A stretch of 64,000 nt of DNA from Pecten maximus (lineage: Eukaryota), in the NCBI RefSeq assembly GCF_902652985.1, contig NC_047024.1, positions 38,626,001 to 38,690,000 on the forward strand, in the 5' to 3' direction. Under the pieces are notes generated by a model. The model had not been told where the DNA came from and ran no database searches. It saw only the letters and a program-made list of their open reading frames with translations. Positions within the stretch are counted from its first letter, which is position 1. Each line of letters begins with the position of its first letter. The translations under genes were made by a program, and so were the position numbers. Below, one piece after another: positions 37,913 to 52,770 of this stretch.

Positions 37913-39916
37913 AACATGTATTTTTTTCATAGTTTAAATGTTGTACTTTAAACTTGTATCGCTGTTATTTGTTCAATTTGAAAATAGAAAAGTTGATTTA
38001 ATGGGTGGGGTCAGAAACATTTTAAATGACAACCCCTGTGTCCTCTTATCATATCTTGTATATCTTATAAAAGTCAAAAAAAAATTGCAAGATGTCTTCT
38101 ATATCCTTAGTCAAATATTTGAGGGTTGGATCAATTTTTTTTTTTAAATCATTTTTTTAGCCCTTCAATTGGATGGGGATTTGGTGGGGTGGGGTCAGAA
38201 ACATTGTAAATGACACTCCCCTTTGTTGTTGATACATATCTTCACTATTTTAGATTGATAAAGTTAAAATCAAAGATTTTTACAGGGGGGTACTTTTTAT
38301 GCAAGGGCCCGGGTATGTTTTGGTAGGTGTATAAAAAGTATTATTATGCAGGAGGTACATATCATGCATGACACCAGACAGATGGATAAATACAGACTAC
38401 TTCAGTGTTTCACTTTGAGGGAAATCCAAACATCCATGGTTGATCTTTGATCATGTTCTCAACTGATCATCCAAGGGTACAAGCTAAAATTTATTGCTTA
38501 GGAACCATGACCTTGACCTTTGGCAGATCATGTAGAAAATCAATAGGCATCTCCCTTCACCTGATGCAATCGATGTGCCCAATTTTTATCTATAAGCTAT
38601 AGGCATTTAATGTACACACAAAGGTAAAACTCTTTGAAAGGATGCATCGAACTTTAATTATCATCCAGAAATCAGTTCTATTTTTTTTTAACAGTGGCCT
38701 CTATCTTTATGCAATGACACCCACACATTAGTAGCATTCTGCCCCTCCCCAAAGGTAACTTAATCTAATGAGATGAACTGTCATGTGTAGGTTCCAAGTT
38801 CAATCTCTATTTGTCTGTTTTGTATTTCCTTTCAAGCTTCTTTTAATTTTCACTTGAAATACTGGATCCATACCCAAACTTTCCTAGACCATAAATCTTT
38901 AAATGGCAGAAGTCCGTTAAATGTCATAACAAGATGGAAACATTTCGTAAACATGCTAGCTTATTGTCAAATATGCCTTTAACTTTATAGTTTGATTCTA
39001 TACGTTTAAAAGGGACACATATTTAGCAAACAAATTGAAAAAAAAAGAAAAAAATGTCCAACTTAGATCAGATCTATAGTTAGATAGTCACTGTGACAGA
39101 CAGGTCTTAGATAAGAATGGCGGGGTGAAGGTTTGTCGCACAGGTAATATTGTGATAGTCAACAGCCACCTATTTGACATTGTAGGCACTGACTGTAGTT
39201 ATCTTACACAAACATCACTGCACCAAATGCACTTGTTGCCTAAATCGTCCATACCTTTTAGAATATTTCAACCCTGAAGTGATCGAGCGTATGATACATG
39301 ATCAATACCCCGAGTGCTTGCCTATAGAAATGGCAATTTTACGACATATAGCTTTCACTTTTACCACCCAGTTTAGTTCTTTCAGAAATTCAATACACGT
39401 TTTTTGTAAAGATTTCTCAGATGACATCACGCATTAACAAAACACAATACAGAAAATCTCAATCTATGCCTCAGAAATGGCCATATAATCCGGGTAATAT
39501 CATTATGTAAATCCTGGCATTCAGGGTCTAACACTAGTAACAGTATTTGTCTGGTGACAAACATTCTTTACCATTGTTAAAGGGTTTGTCCCATCTTTAT
39601 AGGCTCCAGTATACAATGCCACAACAAATATGTTTACAACATCAAGGAATGGGATGAAGGATGTGTGGCAAAATAATTCAAATTGAATGGTCATTAAATA
39701 CCAATCGAAGACAATTAATAGAAATATATATATGTAAATTACTGATGTAATGTATAAAACAGCCTGTCTGGGTCTAACTGTCCTGTAGCTTAATTGATAT
39801 GGGGAGAACGATAATTGCACACAGAAAAGACAGGTGTCTAAGTGGGTAAGCACCTCTAAATTTGAATGAAGAATTGTAGAGTTTTGCATACCTATACCAG
39901 GTACTTTTTGATATAA

Positions 39917-40180
39917 ACAAGAGGCTCAATGGGATTGTATTGCTCACCTGTAACTAATCCAATTTTTTTGAATTTCAAATTAGAATTTAGAAATGGTCTA
40001 TTGTTGCACAGGTTATAAAGAACAGACTTTGCTGGATTATTTTATTCATTGAACTTTCAAAATGGGTCTATGTCATTCATGTTTTACAGATCAAATACTG
40101 TACTTAAAAAGACCCAACACATATGACCTCTGTGTCCTTGAAACTGGTCAAGGTCAAGGTCTTCATTCCAGCATCCTTTC
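39917..40180 (-). mobile_element. Degraded HINE-like fragment
   Basis: acaagaggctcaatgggattgtattgctcacctg matches the terminus of 598-1566; tgacctctgtgtccttgaa..ggtcaaggtca subrepeat remnant. Confidence 0.55.
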
Positions 40181-40828
40181 TAGCCCGTGTAATTTTAGTT
40201 TTATAACCATGTTTCATTAAGTCTCTATAAAACATTCTAGATACCTACTACATATCAACAGTCATTGCTGTTGTAATGACTGTTAAGAGTTTAAGAATTT
40301 TGTTTATCTTGCATGTGTACTCTCTATCTAAATACAAATACAAATTCCAAAGTAATAAAGATTTAACCTATCAATTATCAATGCCTTTTATAATCAGCAA
40401 TATTTATATTTGATTTTTTTTTTAAAGTTTCTAATAATGCAGATTACAAGTACATATTCTTAAGTTAATTAGGTCACCCATACCAAAATAAGTTACTGAT
40501 AAATTTAATTAGGTCACCCATACCAAAATAAGTTTCTGGTAAACTTAATGAGGTCATTTCTGTAATACATTAGCTTGCCTATATTGTATCTGATAAAAAT
40601 TCATTGATCAAATTCTTTACATTTCCTGGCAGTACATTTGTATATACTGTATATTCTTTTCACTGCACTGCTCATTAGCATTGCGATTTCATTGCTGTTT
40701 AGCATTTTTACTCTACAATTCCAATGCTTTCAAATTCTAATAACATTTCTGTGTAGAACATGTACTTTCACTTTTCACAATAGAACATATACTTTCACTT
40801 TTTATAAACTATGTCCCTGTTTAATTAA

Positions 40829-41326
40829 ACAAGAGGCCCATGGGCATTAACGATCACCTGAGTTCTGAAATTGATGTTTTTGTTCTTAAATCAAGAATTC
40901 AACACAACGGTCATTCAATTGAACAAGCTTTTCAGTCTGTTATCAATGAACACCACTGTCCCAATATCATGACAGTGGGTCTCTTGGTTATTGATAGGTT
41001 AAACAAAATTGTTTACAGATTTTTACATATTTGACCTCTGTGCCTTGAAGGGAGGTCATTCATTTGAACACCTTTGGTAGCCTTTAATCCCAGCATGATA
41101 CAGGCCCAAAATTTGGTCTCTGGATCTCTTCTTAATGAGTAGAAGTCATTTAAATATTTTAACATGTTTGACCCCTGTGACCTTGAAGAGAGGTTAAGGT
41201 CATTCATTTGAACAAACTTTGTAGCCCTTTTTCCAAGCATACTACAGGTCAAATACCATGACCCTAGGCCTCTTGTTTATTGAAAAGAAGTTTAAATTGT
41301 TTACAACTCCATTTCAGGTGACCTAC
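40829..41326 (-). mobile_element. HINE/pearl-like element (family B related)
   Basis: Starts acaagaggcccatgggc; gatcacctg (40852-40860) / caggtgacc (41315-41323) inverted pair; ~145-bp subrepeats homologous to those at 6.1 and 11.6 kb. Confidence 0.72.
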
Positions 41327-41990
41327 AATGTAATGATTTTCCATTGATAACTTGTATTAATGAATTTTATTCCTCTTTGTTGCACTAAACCATTTACAGA
41401 TCAAATGTGTTAAGTCTAATCTCAACAATGTATCAGTTCCAATTCAAGCTACACCCCTCAGAAAACTCATCCATACATGTATGAAGTTTCTCTTGCTCTA
41501 TTGAACTGTAATGAGCACTAGCTTCTAATGACACAAATAGAGTGTGAAATTGCAATATTTATCAAAGCAAATCAATTGGGAAAATAGTCAGATAGAGAAC
41601 ATCTTAATTTACACAAATAACAAAACATCATACAGGACCAAACATTTTATGCATTTTTTATTTGAATCATATCTATTATATTCTATTATATATTCAACGT
41701 TTTCAAAGTGAATTTTATCTTATTTAACTTGTTAAGAGCTTTGAAAGTAGTAGATTTAAATGCCAGTAAAATGCACTCAAATAAACTTTGAAACAGCTAA
41801 GTACAATAAGGTGCTGTGACAATAATTCCTTCAGATTCAACCAGTAAGTATAAAGCACCAAAGATTTTGATCTGAAATAGAGGACCTTATAGGATTCAGT
41901 GTCACATTAAAAGTTACATTTAAGTATGTGTCTGCATGATGAGCTAAATTTAGTACTGCTAAGATAAAGTTATGTATATACATGTATATA

Positions 41991-42372
41991 CAGTCAAACT
42001 TGTATTAAACGGTCATCCATTAAGGGACCAACATAAATCTATTGCTTCTGAAAAAAATCTCCAATTGTAGTTTGTTTGCTACATATCACATAAAGTGTGT
42101 CATGTTCAGCCTCGGTTTGCATGATAACGCTTAATCCTACAAAGACTCAACAAGTGTGAAGGGTTAGACTGTGAAGATTATCAAAAACAAAACAAATCAC
42201 TTGATGATTGATAATAAAATCTGGTCATGCGGTCATCTCGGCTGTTTACCTCCGGAAACAATGACCGCTCAATACGGGATGAGATAACGACTAGGGCCAG
42301 ATTTTGGTGACCACTGGCCACATTCGACAAGTGACCGCTTATTCAAGGTGACTGTTCAAGCAGGTTTGACTG
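41991..42372. mobile_element. Tc1/mariner superfamily (pogo/Tigger-like) MITE
   Basis: Imperfect TIRs cagtcaaacttgtattaaacggtca / tgactgttcaagcaggtttgactg, TA on both sides (41989-41990, 42373-42374), repeated tgacc(g)c subterminal motifs. Confidence 0.8.
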
Positions 42373-44159
42373 TATATGTAGAGGGAGTTTTGTTCATGTT
42401 TTTATGTTCAATGTCCATGTAGCCGAGAAAATGATGTGAAAAATGTGTCATGCACATGCCTATCCTTTCACCCTTGTTTTCAAATGTCATGACATATTTT
42501 ATTCTAAAAAGCTAGATCAGGTGACACTGCAAATGCTTGGAGGTAATATTGAGACGGACTGGCGTTTCACAGGATTACTCTTCTCTCTGATAATAATAGA
42601 TGATAGAGTGCACTAATAAATGTTTAGGTCGAGAAATTGTTTTTTACACCAATGTACAACTTTATTGACAAAACAATTGGATCTGTAATGGAAAGTGATT
42701 ACAACTGTCTCCAACTCATTACTTAGTACCATCCCATCTCATTAGATCTATAATTGTATCTGGATACCTGCAGCAGGTAACATTACACATTGATAAAACA
42801 GCGCATATATACGAGCTACTTGCACAGTATGAATGTGAAATGGGTCGTTAAGCCTTGAATTGCACCGGAGAAATTGCCACTGTTAGTGTGATAAATATGT
42901 TTCAGTAGGATAAGTCTATGCCAAGGACAAGGAACAGGCTCAGATAAAATAAAACTGGTTTTCAATAATAATTTCCGACCAGATAAAGTATGCATCTATT
43001 TTTAACTCATTTTTAGCAGATTAAGGTTACCAGTACGTCACACTCAACAGTTCTTGAATCACATCATCAAAGTACTGAGAGCACTCAGGGATGAATGTAA
43101 AAGTGTTGTAGTTATGAACGTGGATGATTTAAATTGAATTCACTGAATTTATTTATTGAATTATTGTGATTTGAACTTCTAGAACTATTCCACACCATGC
43201 AATGATATCTCCGTTTTTTGTTAGATGTGTAGTATTTTTTAATTATAAAGTGAGCCTTTAGATTTTAAACAGAACAGCATGATATCATTCTACTGTTAAG
43301 AGATATGATGCAGATAGCTACAAATATGATTACTTCAACCTGGGAAGGGTGTTATTTGCCTAGATTTTAATTTAACTACCTAGGGTACCCCGGTATAACC
43401 AGTGACCTTGATCTTTTTATTGGCCCAATTCAGGAATGTAAAATGGCCAGCATATGGTATCATGATACACTGTCTGGAGAAAATGTTTAAGATATACAAT
43501 GTATGTGTCAAGTTTCACTTCATGTATCTGCAACAATGAATAGTATAAGCCTGGTTTAATATGAATTTGTGTACAGTTTAAAGTTTTAACAGCAGACATG
43601 GGGGAAGGTCAATGTTAAAAGCATTAATGACTGAGTATTGCTATAGCAACATTATTGACCTTAGAAAAAAATTTTGACTGAGGACAAAGTCTGATTTATT
43701 AATTGTTTTCTTATTTTTTTTTTCTTTTGAAAATCAGGGAGTGGCATGGGTTAGATGATACAGTATTTATAACAAGCATACTGCGTATCATTGTGTGTCC
43801 CCTATGGGCCTCTGCTAGCTATTACACTGTAATGATTTAAAAAGTTGATCATAATACTGGGCTTTTAATGTTAACTTGGAAAAATGAAAATTATACAACC
43901 ATTGCTTGTAACAGATTTTAATGTAAAGATACAAGAAACTGTAATGCTATTATTTTGACTGAGGAATTAACTGGAAATAATGCAGGTGGAATTTTCTAAA
44001 AATAGTAATGGTGTACTCCTTGACCCGACAAAGCTGAAACTTGAACTTGGTGTACTCCTTGACCCGACAATGCTGAAACTTGAACTTGACCAAGGTATTA
44101 AGGTCATTTAATTCTGATTGCCAAAGTTTGATCAAAATTCCTCCAGGAATGAAGCAACT

Positions 44160-44406
44160 AGAGTGATGATTTTCTAAAAATAGTAAATAAACTTTCAAAT
44201 TTCAAAATGGCCACCTGTTGGCAATTTTGTTTTCCTATTAATCTACAAACTGATCAAGCACAACAAGGGTCCAAGGAGAACCTTACCTATGTCATATGAA
44301 ATTCAAGAAAGGTCCTTCTGATAATTCAAGAGATATAGCAATAACAAGGACTGTTTAGACAGATGGACCACAGCCAAAGGGCAATTTGAATTTGAACAGC
44401 TAAAAA
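44160..44406 (-). mobile_element. Degraded HINE-like fragment
   Basis: tttcaaaatggccacc body, agacagatggac microsatellite remnant, ends gctaaaaa like the other copies. Confidence 0.4.
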
Positions 44407-46591
44407 TGAACAAAGGTTCAAGCATGTGAATAAACAATATTCTGTCATCTCCCGAAGTACACTCCCATACAAAAGTTATTGATGAGCAACCTTTAAATAT
44501 ACACCAAAAACATCGGGAAATATTATTGTTTTCCAATCAGTTCAGGTCACTTTGCCATACTGAGTAATGGGAATCCAATAATGGTTTACATCAATTCCAC
44601 ATTACATGTATGGTATTCTATAGCTAAAGCTCTCCTTTCAGAACTGGTATAGAAAACCTACATGGGGAAAGGTATGCTATTTCTGCAAAATTGTCTGTCC
44701 AAACATTGAATGCAACTACCACGGAAGATTAATTTGAGTTTAACTTTGTGATTTTAATCTAAATATGAGGACTGAATTGCCTCTTTTGAACATCTAGAAT
44801 GATTCAAAACACTTCCATTAAAAAATAGTCAAAAGATACATTTAAGTCATGAAATAGTATGAATTACCTGAAATTTAAAGGATGTATCAGTAACTTAATT
44901 TCATCATTCCTTCACTGACAACAGTTCTAGTTTTTGTTTTTTTTGTTGTTTTTTTTAATTGATTGTTTATTACCTTCTCATAATTCAGTATTTTAACTGA
45001 GTAAACATTATTATTAACTGACAATATTTGTACTTCTTGTACATTCCATAAGCTATAGTAACATAGTAACATTCACACCAATATATTTATAGGAAAACTG
45101 CAATCATCAAAATTATATTATCAGGTATGTTGCAGTTAACACAGGAGACAATATTTGTTTCACTAAATGTTAATAAACACAATATTTGATCTATCATATG
45201 GCCATTTACTTGGCAGGGTAAATCAATTCAAACAAAACATTGAGTGTTCAGTGACTTTTTGGCAACAGGTGTATAATATATTTTATCCTCAAAGACAATT
45301 CCACTCCAACATTTAGTTTTAAACACCACTGTTGATCATTCTACTTGAAATCAAAGACAGATTTTATCTCACTTTCTTTTGAATCCAAATTTCAACTAAT
45401 GTATAACATAAATATTAGTTTTCTACAGAATTCATCCTTTTAATTTCACCTTTGGAAGGAGTGTCCCATTTCATATTTCAAATACTAGGACATATATTTT
45501 TCTTGAATCTACTACACACGATATATATTATTTTCATACTTAATATTGAAAATTTTCTCTGTCAAACATCAAATTTACTTAGCCATAGGTTTAAGGAAAG
45601 CTAGTGGCATTGTCCACCCCACTTCAAGTAGATTAGTTGTGTAAGCGTACCAGGTGTGATATTTTTGGGAATATCAGTCAAAGATCTGCTTTATATCTGA
45701 ACACTTTTAAAAACCTGGCTCCAACTTTGGGTTTCTTCCATGACTTTGCACCAACAGAACAACTTTATACTAAATAAATGTATTGCAAATAACAGCATTC
45801 AGTAGTCTTTAAGTGTACTGTTCAAAAGAAGGCCAGTGATCATTTGTATCATCCATGGAATAATTTGCACTTAAATGTAAAGATATATAAAATATTGTTA
45901 CATAAGACACCCAAATCTTGGTCTGCCCAAGGACACTCATTTACTTTTGCATTTTAAAATTTCACATAGGTGTGTTGTGGATATTACATCACCTACTGTT
46001 ACACAATAATATACACAGCCATTTAAAGTGTCTGAAATCTATACTATTTAGCATTGAAAGTTTTCCACAATTATAACTACTCACACAACTAAACCATCCA
46101 ATTAGCAAGTGTTTCATCTGATTGAAGTCCCTATCCTAAATGAGTTCCGGTTAATTACTGAACCACAGAAGAATTATTATGAGGAACTAAATGTCATATT
46201 TTTGTATGAACGGAATGTACATATTTAACTTTAGAAAAAACGTATGTGCAGATTTACACAGCGGAGCTAAACGTCCCCCATCAGTTCTGTTTTGGGTCAC
46301 CGGTTTTGCTTGCAAACTTTTGGTTGTCAACTTCTAGAGGCTGTGACACTGAAATATGCCATTAAACCTGTCTAAAAGACATTCTGTAGCCTTTGCAAGG
46401 TATGTACATTTATGTATCTATGAATCTAGACAGTTGGCACAGGTGTTAAACTTCAAACTTTAAAGTTATTAACTGAAATGTTTAGTAACAACATATGGTC
46501 AATGATTTAGTTGTGTGAGCCCTTTAATACATGTGATACAAAGCACATTCGAGAGATGTTGCAAATTAAACAATATGCTGTATTCTCTGCT

Positions 46592-47192
46592 CCAAGGGGC
46601 TAGTTACATTTACTGGTATACCGGCCCAAGGGGTTAGTTATATTTACTGGTATACCGGCCCAAGGGGTTAGTTACATTTACTGGTATACCGGCCCAAGGG
46701 GTTAGTTACATTTACTGGTATACCGGCCCAAGGGGTTAGTTACATTTACTGGTATACCGGCCCAAGGGGTTAGTTACATTTACTGGTATACCGGCCCATG
46801 GGGCTAGTTACATTTACTGGTATACCGGCCCAAAGGGTTAGTTACATTTACTGGTATACCGGCGCATGGGGCTAGTTACATTTACTGGTATACCGGCCCA
46901 AGGGGCTAGTTACATTTACTGGTATACCGGCCCAAGGGGTTAGTTACATTTACTGGTATACCGACCCAAGGGGTTAGTTTCATTTACTGGTATACCGGCC
47001 CAAGGGGTTAGTTATACATTTACTGGGATACCGGCCCAAGGGGTTAGTTATACATTTACTGGTATACCGGCCCAAGGGGTTAGTTATACATTTACTGGTA
47101 TACCGGCCCCAGGGGTTAGTTACATTTACTGGTATACCGGCCCATGGGGCTAGTTACATTTACTGGTATACCGGCCCAAGGGGTTAGTTACA
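46592..47192. repeat. Minisatellite, 34-bp unit
   Basis: Unit ccggcccaaggggttagttacatttactggtata, about 17 copies. Confidence 0.96.
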
Positions 47193-47199
47193 GCATTGC

Positions 47200-47530
47200 T
47201 GTTACTGCCCAAGAAAAGCTACACCCTTCATTTAAACAACGTTGAATCTCCTAGCTTTGCTAGCTACCAAATGATCAAATTCCATTCAGTCCTTTAGGAC
47301 AAGAAGCAAATTAACTGATTTAATTATTTTTCTCCTATTGGGCCCCACACCTCCAGCCCTAGGGGAGCTTTACCTCCATTTCTACAACAAAGGATCTCCT
47401 TTCCTTACATAATGCTCCTGACCAAATTTGATCAAAATCCATTCACTTGTTCAGGACTACAGTAGCAAGTCAAATGATTTACCTCTGTTTCCCCTTTAAG
47501 GCCCTGCCCTTCCAGGCTGAGGGGAGCAAA
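47200..47530. mobile_element. Old HINE subrepeat remnant related to 598-1566
   Basis: ttctcctattgggcccc, ctgaccaaatttgatcaaaatccattca and ttacctctgtttcccc match the ~156-bp subrepeat. Confidence 0.6.
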
Positions 47531-47557
47531 TAGCAATAGGAACATCATAGCATAAAC

Positions 47558-50090
47558 AGGACAGATATTGACAGTGATTATGGGTGTGTCTCTGAAGGAC
47601 AGGTATTGACAGTGATTGCGGGTGTCTCTGAAGGACAGATATTGACAGTGATTGTGGGTGTGTCTCTGAAGGACAGGTATTGACAGGGACTGTGGGTGTC
47701 TCTGAAGGACAGATATTGGCAGTGATTGTGGGTGTGTCTCTGAAGGACAGGTATTGACAGTGACTGTGGGTGTGTCTCTGAAGGACAGGTATTGACAGTG
47801 ACTGTGGGTGTCTCTGAAGGACAGATATTGACAGTGACTGTGGGTGTGTCTCTGAAGGACAGGTATTGACAGTGACTGTGGGTGTCTCTGAAGGACAGGT
47901 ATTGACAGTGACTGTGGGTGTGTCTCTGAAGGACAGATATTGACAGTGACTGTGGGTGTCTCTGAAGGACAGATATTGACAGTGATTGTGGGTGTGTCTC
48001 TGAAGGACAGGTATTGACAGTAACTGTGAATGTCTCTGAAGGACAGATATTGACAGTGATTGTGGGTGTGTCTCTGAAGGACATATTGACAGTGACTGTG
48101 GGTGTCTCTGAAGGACAGATATTGACAGTGTCTGTGGGTGTGTCTCTGAATGAAAGGTATTGACAGTGATTGTGTCTCTGAAGGACAGGTATTGACAGTG
48201 ACTGTGGGTGTCTCTGAAGGACAGGTATTGACAGTGACTGTTGGTGTGTCTCTGAAGGACAGGTATTGACAGTGTCTGTGGTTGTGTCTCTGAAGGACAG
48301 GTATTGACAGTGACTGTGGGTGTCTCTGAAGGACAGGTATTGACAGTGACTGTGGGTGTCTCTGAAGGACAGATATTGACAGTGACTGTGGGTGTGTCTC
48401 TGAAGGACAGGTATTGACAGTGACTGTGGGTGTGTCTCTGAAGGACAGATATTAACAGGGACTGTTGGTGTCTCTGAAGGACAGATATTGGCAGTGATTG
48501 TGGGTGTGTCTCTGAAGGACATATTGACAGTGACTGTGGGTGTCTCTGAAGGACAGATATTGACAGTGTCTGTGGGTGTGTCTCTGAATGACAGGTATTG
48601 ACAGTGACTGTGGGTGTCTCTGAAGGACAGGTATTGACAGTGATTGTGGGTGTGTCTCTGAAGGACAGATATTGACAGTGACTGTTGGTGTGTCTCTGAA
48701 GGACAGGTATTGACAGTGATTGTGTCTCTGAAGGACAGGTATTGACAGTGACTGTTGGTGTGTCTCTGAAGGACAGGTATTGACAGTGACTGTTGGTGTG
48801 TCTCTGAAGGACAGGTATTGACAGTGACTGTGGGTGTCTCTGAAGGACAGGTATTGACAGTGACTGTTGGTGTGTCTCTGAAGGACAGGTATTGACAGTG
48901 ACTGTGGGTGTGTCTCTGAAGGACAGGTATTGACAGTGACTGTGGGAGTCTCTGAAGGACAGGTATTGACAGTGACTGTTGGTGTGTCTCTGAAGGACAG
49001 ATATTGACAGTGACTGTGGGTGTCTCTGAAGGACAGGTATTGACAGGGACTGTGGATGTCTCTGAAGGACAGGTATTGACAGTGACTATGAATGTCTATG
49101 AAGGACAGGTATTGACAGTGACTGTGGGTGTCTCTGAAGGACAGATATTGACAGTGATTGTGGGTGTGTCTCTGAAGGACAGATATTGACAGTGATTGTG
49201 GGCGAGTCTCTGAAGGACAGGTATTGACAGTGACTGTGGGTGTCTCTGAAGGACAGATATTGACAGTGACTGTTGGTGTGTCTCTGAAGGACAGATATTG
49301 ACAGTGACTGTGGGTGTCTCTGAAGGACAGATATTGACAGTGACTGTGGGTGTGTCTCTGAAGGACAGATATTGACAGTGACTGTGGGTGTCTCTCTGAA
49401 GGACAGGTATTGACAGTGACTGTGGGTGTCTCTGAAGGACAGGTATTGACAGTGACTGTGGGTGTGTCTGAAGGACAGATATTGACAGTGTCTGTGGTTG
49501 TGTCTCTGAAGGACAGGTATTGACAGTGACTGTGGGTGTGTCTCTGAAGGACAGGTATTGACAGTGACTGTGGGTGTGTCTCTGAAGGACAGATATTGAC
49601 AGTGACTGTTGGTGTGTCTCTGAAGGACAGGTATTGACAGTGACTGTGGATGTCTCTGAAGGACAGGTATTGACAGTGACTGTGGTTGTCTCTGAAGGAC
49701 AGATATTGACAGTGATTGTGGGTGTGTCTCTGAAGGACAGATATTGACAGTGATAGTGGGTGTGTCTCTGAAGGACAGATATTGACAGTGACTGTGGGTG
49801 TCTCTGAAGGACAGGTATTGACAGGGACTGTGGGTGTGTCTCTGAAGGACAGGTATTGACAGTGACTGTGGGTGTCTCTGAAGGACAGGTATTGACAGGG
49901 ACTGTGGGTGTTTCTCTAAAGGACAGGTATTGCTAGTGACTGTTGGTGTGTCTCTGAAGGACAGGTATTGACAGTATATGTGGGTGAGTCTCCAAAAGTC
50001 AGGTATTGACAGGGACTGTGGGCGATTTATCGAAGGACGTATTTACAATGTTTGTGGGCGAGTCTCTGAAGGACAGGTATTAGCAGTATA
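47558..50090. repeat. Minisatellite, mixed 36/38-bp units
   Basis: Unit gaaggacaggtattgacagtgactgtgggt(gt)gtctct. Confidence 0.97.
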
Positions 50091-50900
50091 TCTCTGTGAG
50101 ACAAACAGACTCCTAAGTAAATGTCTTGGAAGATCAATCAGGACATCAAAACAGGGTTTATAATATTTTCATGGATAAAATCTGGACACAAATACTGGCC
50201 CTGCAGGGAAATTAAATGCTTGTCTGACGTATCTGATGGAATGTTAAATATGTGAAATAAGACAAATCAAGGAATATAACTCTCAGGAAGTCACTTTTAT
50301 AATTTATGATATCAAAGTTGTTTATTTTAGGAATGTAAATGTTATGCAACATAAAGTATTATGCACAGAAAAATGCAATAGATCAATTTAAACTGCTGAG
50401 AAACACCATGGCTTATTGATGTAAGGTTTTATATTTAGATTTTGAATATCAAAACTACTTAACATACTCATACATTACGATTATAGTAAAACTGTTTAAG
50501 TACATATAACATTAACCAGGATGTTTACTTTAAACTTAGAGATCTGAATGTCAGCCAAAGATAAAGTTTGAATTGTATTCATTATTATGAAATCACATTT
50601 ATGAGAGGATATTCAACAGTGTCTTCAGTAATACAAAATATATTTCACGAGTGGGGCTAATATTTTGATATTTTTATGAGTGCAAGGAACTCGATCAGAC
50701 AGGGTAGTATAAAATAAAGCTAGTCCATCTTCAGAGAAAACATCTCCTCCATACCAACCCCAAGCAGAACTTTATCACCAGTGATGCCAAATATTGATGT
50801 GAGCCGCCCAGGGATAGAGAATATCGAAGCTACTCAAGGGACCCAGTCCACATAAAGCATCTGGTCCTACTCAATACCATCAAGGAACTTAAGGAACTAG

Positions 50901-51557
50901 CTGCTGAACTAACCTCCGGCACTAGGACATACCAGCTCTCCCTGGACACCTCCACCATCCCAGGAACTGCTGAACTAACCCCCGGCACTAGGACATACCA
51001 GCTCTCCCTGGACACTGCCACCATCCCAGGAACTGCTGAACTAACCCCCGGCACTAGGACATACCAGCTCTCCCTGGACACCTCCACCATCCCAGGAACT
51101 GCTGAACTAACCCCCGGCACTAGGACATACCAGCTCTCCCTGGACACCTCCACCATCCCAGGAACTGCTGAACTAACCCCCGGCACTAGGACATACCAGC
51201 TCTCCCTGGACACCTCCACCATCCCAGGAACTGCTGAACTAACCCCCGGCACTAGGACATACCAGCTCTCCCTGGACACCTCCACCATCCCAGGAACTGC
51301 TGAACTAACCCCGGCACTAGGACATACCAGCTCTCCCTGAACACCTCCACCATCCCAGGAACTGCTGAACTAACCCCCGGCACAAGGAGGATACCAGCTC
51401 TCCCTGGACACCTCCACCATCCCAGGAACTGCTGAACTAACCCCCGGCACTAGGACATACCAGCTCTCCCTGGACACCTCCACCATCCCAGGAACTGCTG
51501 AACTAACCCCGGCACTCGGAGGACATACCAGCTCTCCCTGGACACCTCCACCATCCC
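50901..51557. repeat. Minisatellite, 66-bp unit, 10 copies, derived from LINE ORF2
   Basis: Unit ctgctgaactaacccccggcactaggacataccagctctccctggacacctccaccatcccaggaa. Confidence 0.95.
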
Positions 51558-52770
51558 TGGAAACAAGCCCACATGGTTCCTATTTTCAAGGAGAGATTGA
51601 ATGAAAGCAGCAAACTACAGACCTGTGTCTTGAGCTCGATCATGGCCATTAACTCCAAGTTGGTAGAGGAGATAATCAACAGCTCAGTCATGGATCACCT
51701 GGACCATCATAACATCCTGTCCGAATCAAAACATGGCTTCCGCAAAGGAAGATATTGCAAGACTCAGCTCATTCAGAACATCAATAATCTAGCAAGAGGA
51801 ATTGATCTAGGGACCAGATGAACTTCATATTGCTCGATTTTAGTAAGGCTTTGATATAGTCCGCCATCAGACTCTACAGAGTCTGAAACAACATCTACGA
51901 CTGCTTGAAGGACTTTCTATATGGCAGGAAACAATGTGTGATCATTGAGGGGAGCTAATCGACAGACACTGACTTTATATCAGGGGTCCCGCAAGGGACA
52001 GTGGTTGACAGCTCCTTTTCCTGTTGTAAACTCCAATGTGCTTCTATTTGCTGATGACTACATGATTTATAGATCCATCAAATACCCAGAAATCAAAGCC
52101 TCTCTCCAAAAAAGACCTTTACAACTAACAGAAGTTGGAGGATACCGGGAAAATGCAGTTCAATCCAGAGAAGTGTATCGCCATATCGGTCGGAAAAGAA
52201 AACCATGTATGTCTACCTACCATCTATACAAGTACTTGGGAGTCACCACCGCATCTGATCTCTCGTGGCATGAACACACCAACATCAGATCAGCCAGAGT
52301 AACAAGATCAATAGACTTCCTCCATAGAAACCTCCATGTATGTCCCAAAGACATCAGGGCCAAGGCGTATACCACCCTTGTCAGCCCTACCCTAGAGTAT
52401 ACGCTGCCTCAGCATGGGATCCATACATCAGAGCCCAAATCGACCAACTAGAGGCAACACAGAAAAGGGGAGTAAGATTTGCTGATTATAAGTCCAGGGA
52501 ACGAGACAGCATGACCGCCATCCTAAAACACCTAGGCCAGGACTTTTTGGAACAAATATTGAGGGCTAGAGTGATTATGTTCTATTATATCATTCACCAA
52601 CAAGTTCACTCAAACCTTGAAGAGCTACTGAAACCATCAGACTCTAGAACCAGAAAAAGCAGTCTTAACTACCAGCAAATACCAGCACAGCTTGACTTTT
52701 TCCTTTGCAGCTTCCTCCCCAGGACCGCTCATACCTGAACCAACTACCCAACAAGGGAATAATGGAACTA

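Noticed and set aside
44010-44090. 39-bp two-copy duplication (similar pairs at ~11408-11495 and ~40465-40550)
   Set aside because: Real but simple local duplications; at most minisatellite seeds, with no evidence of function.
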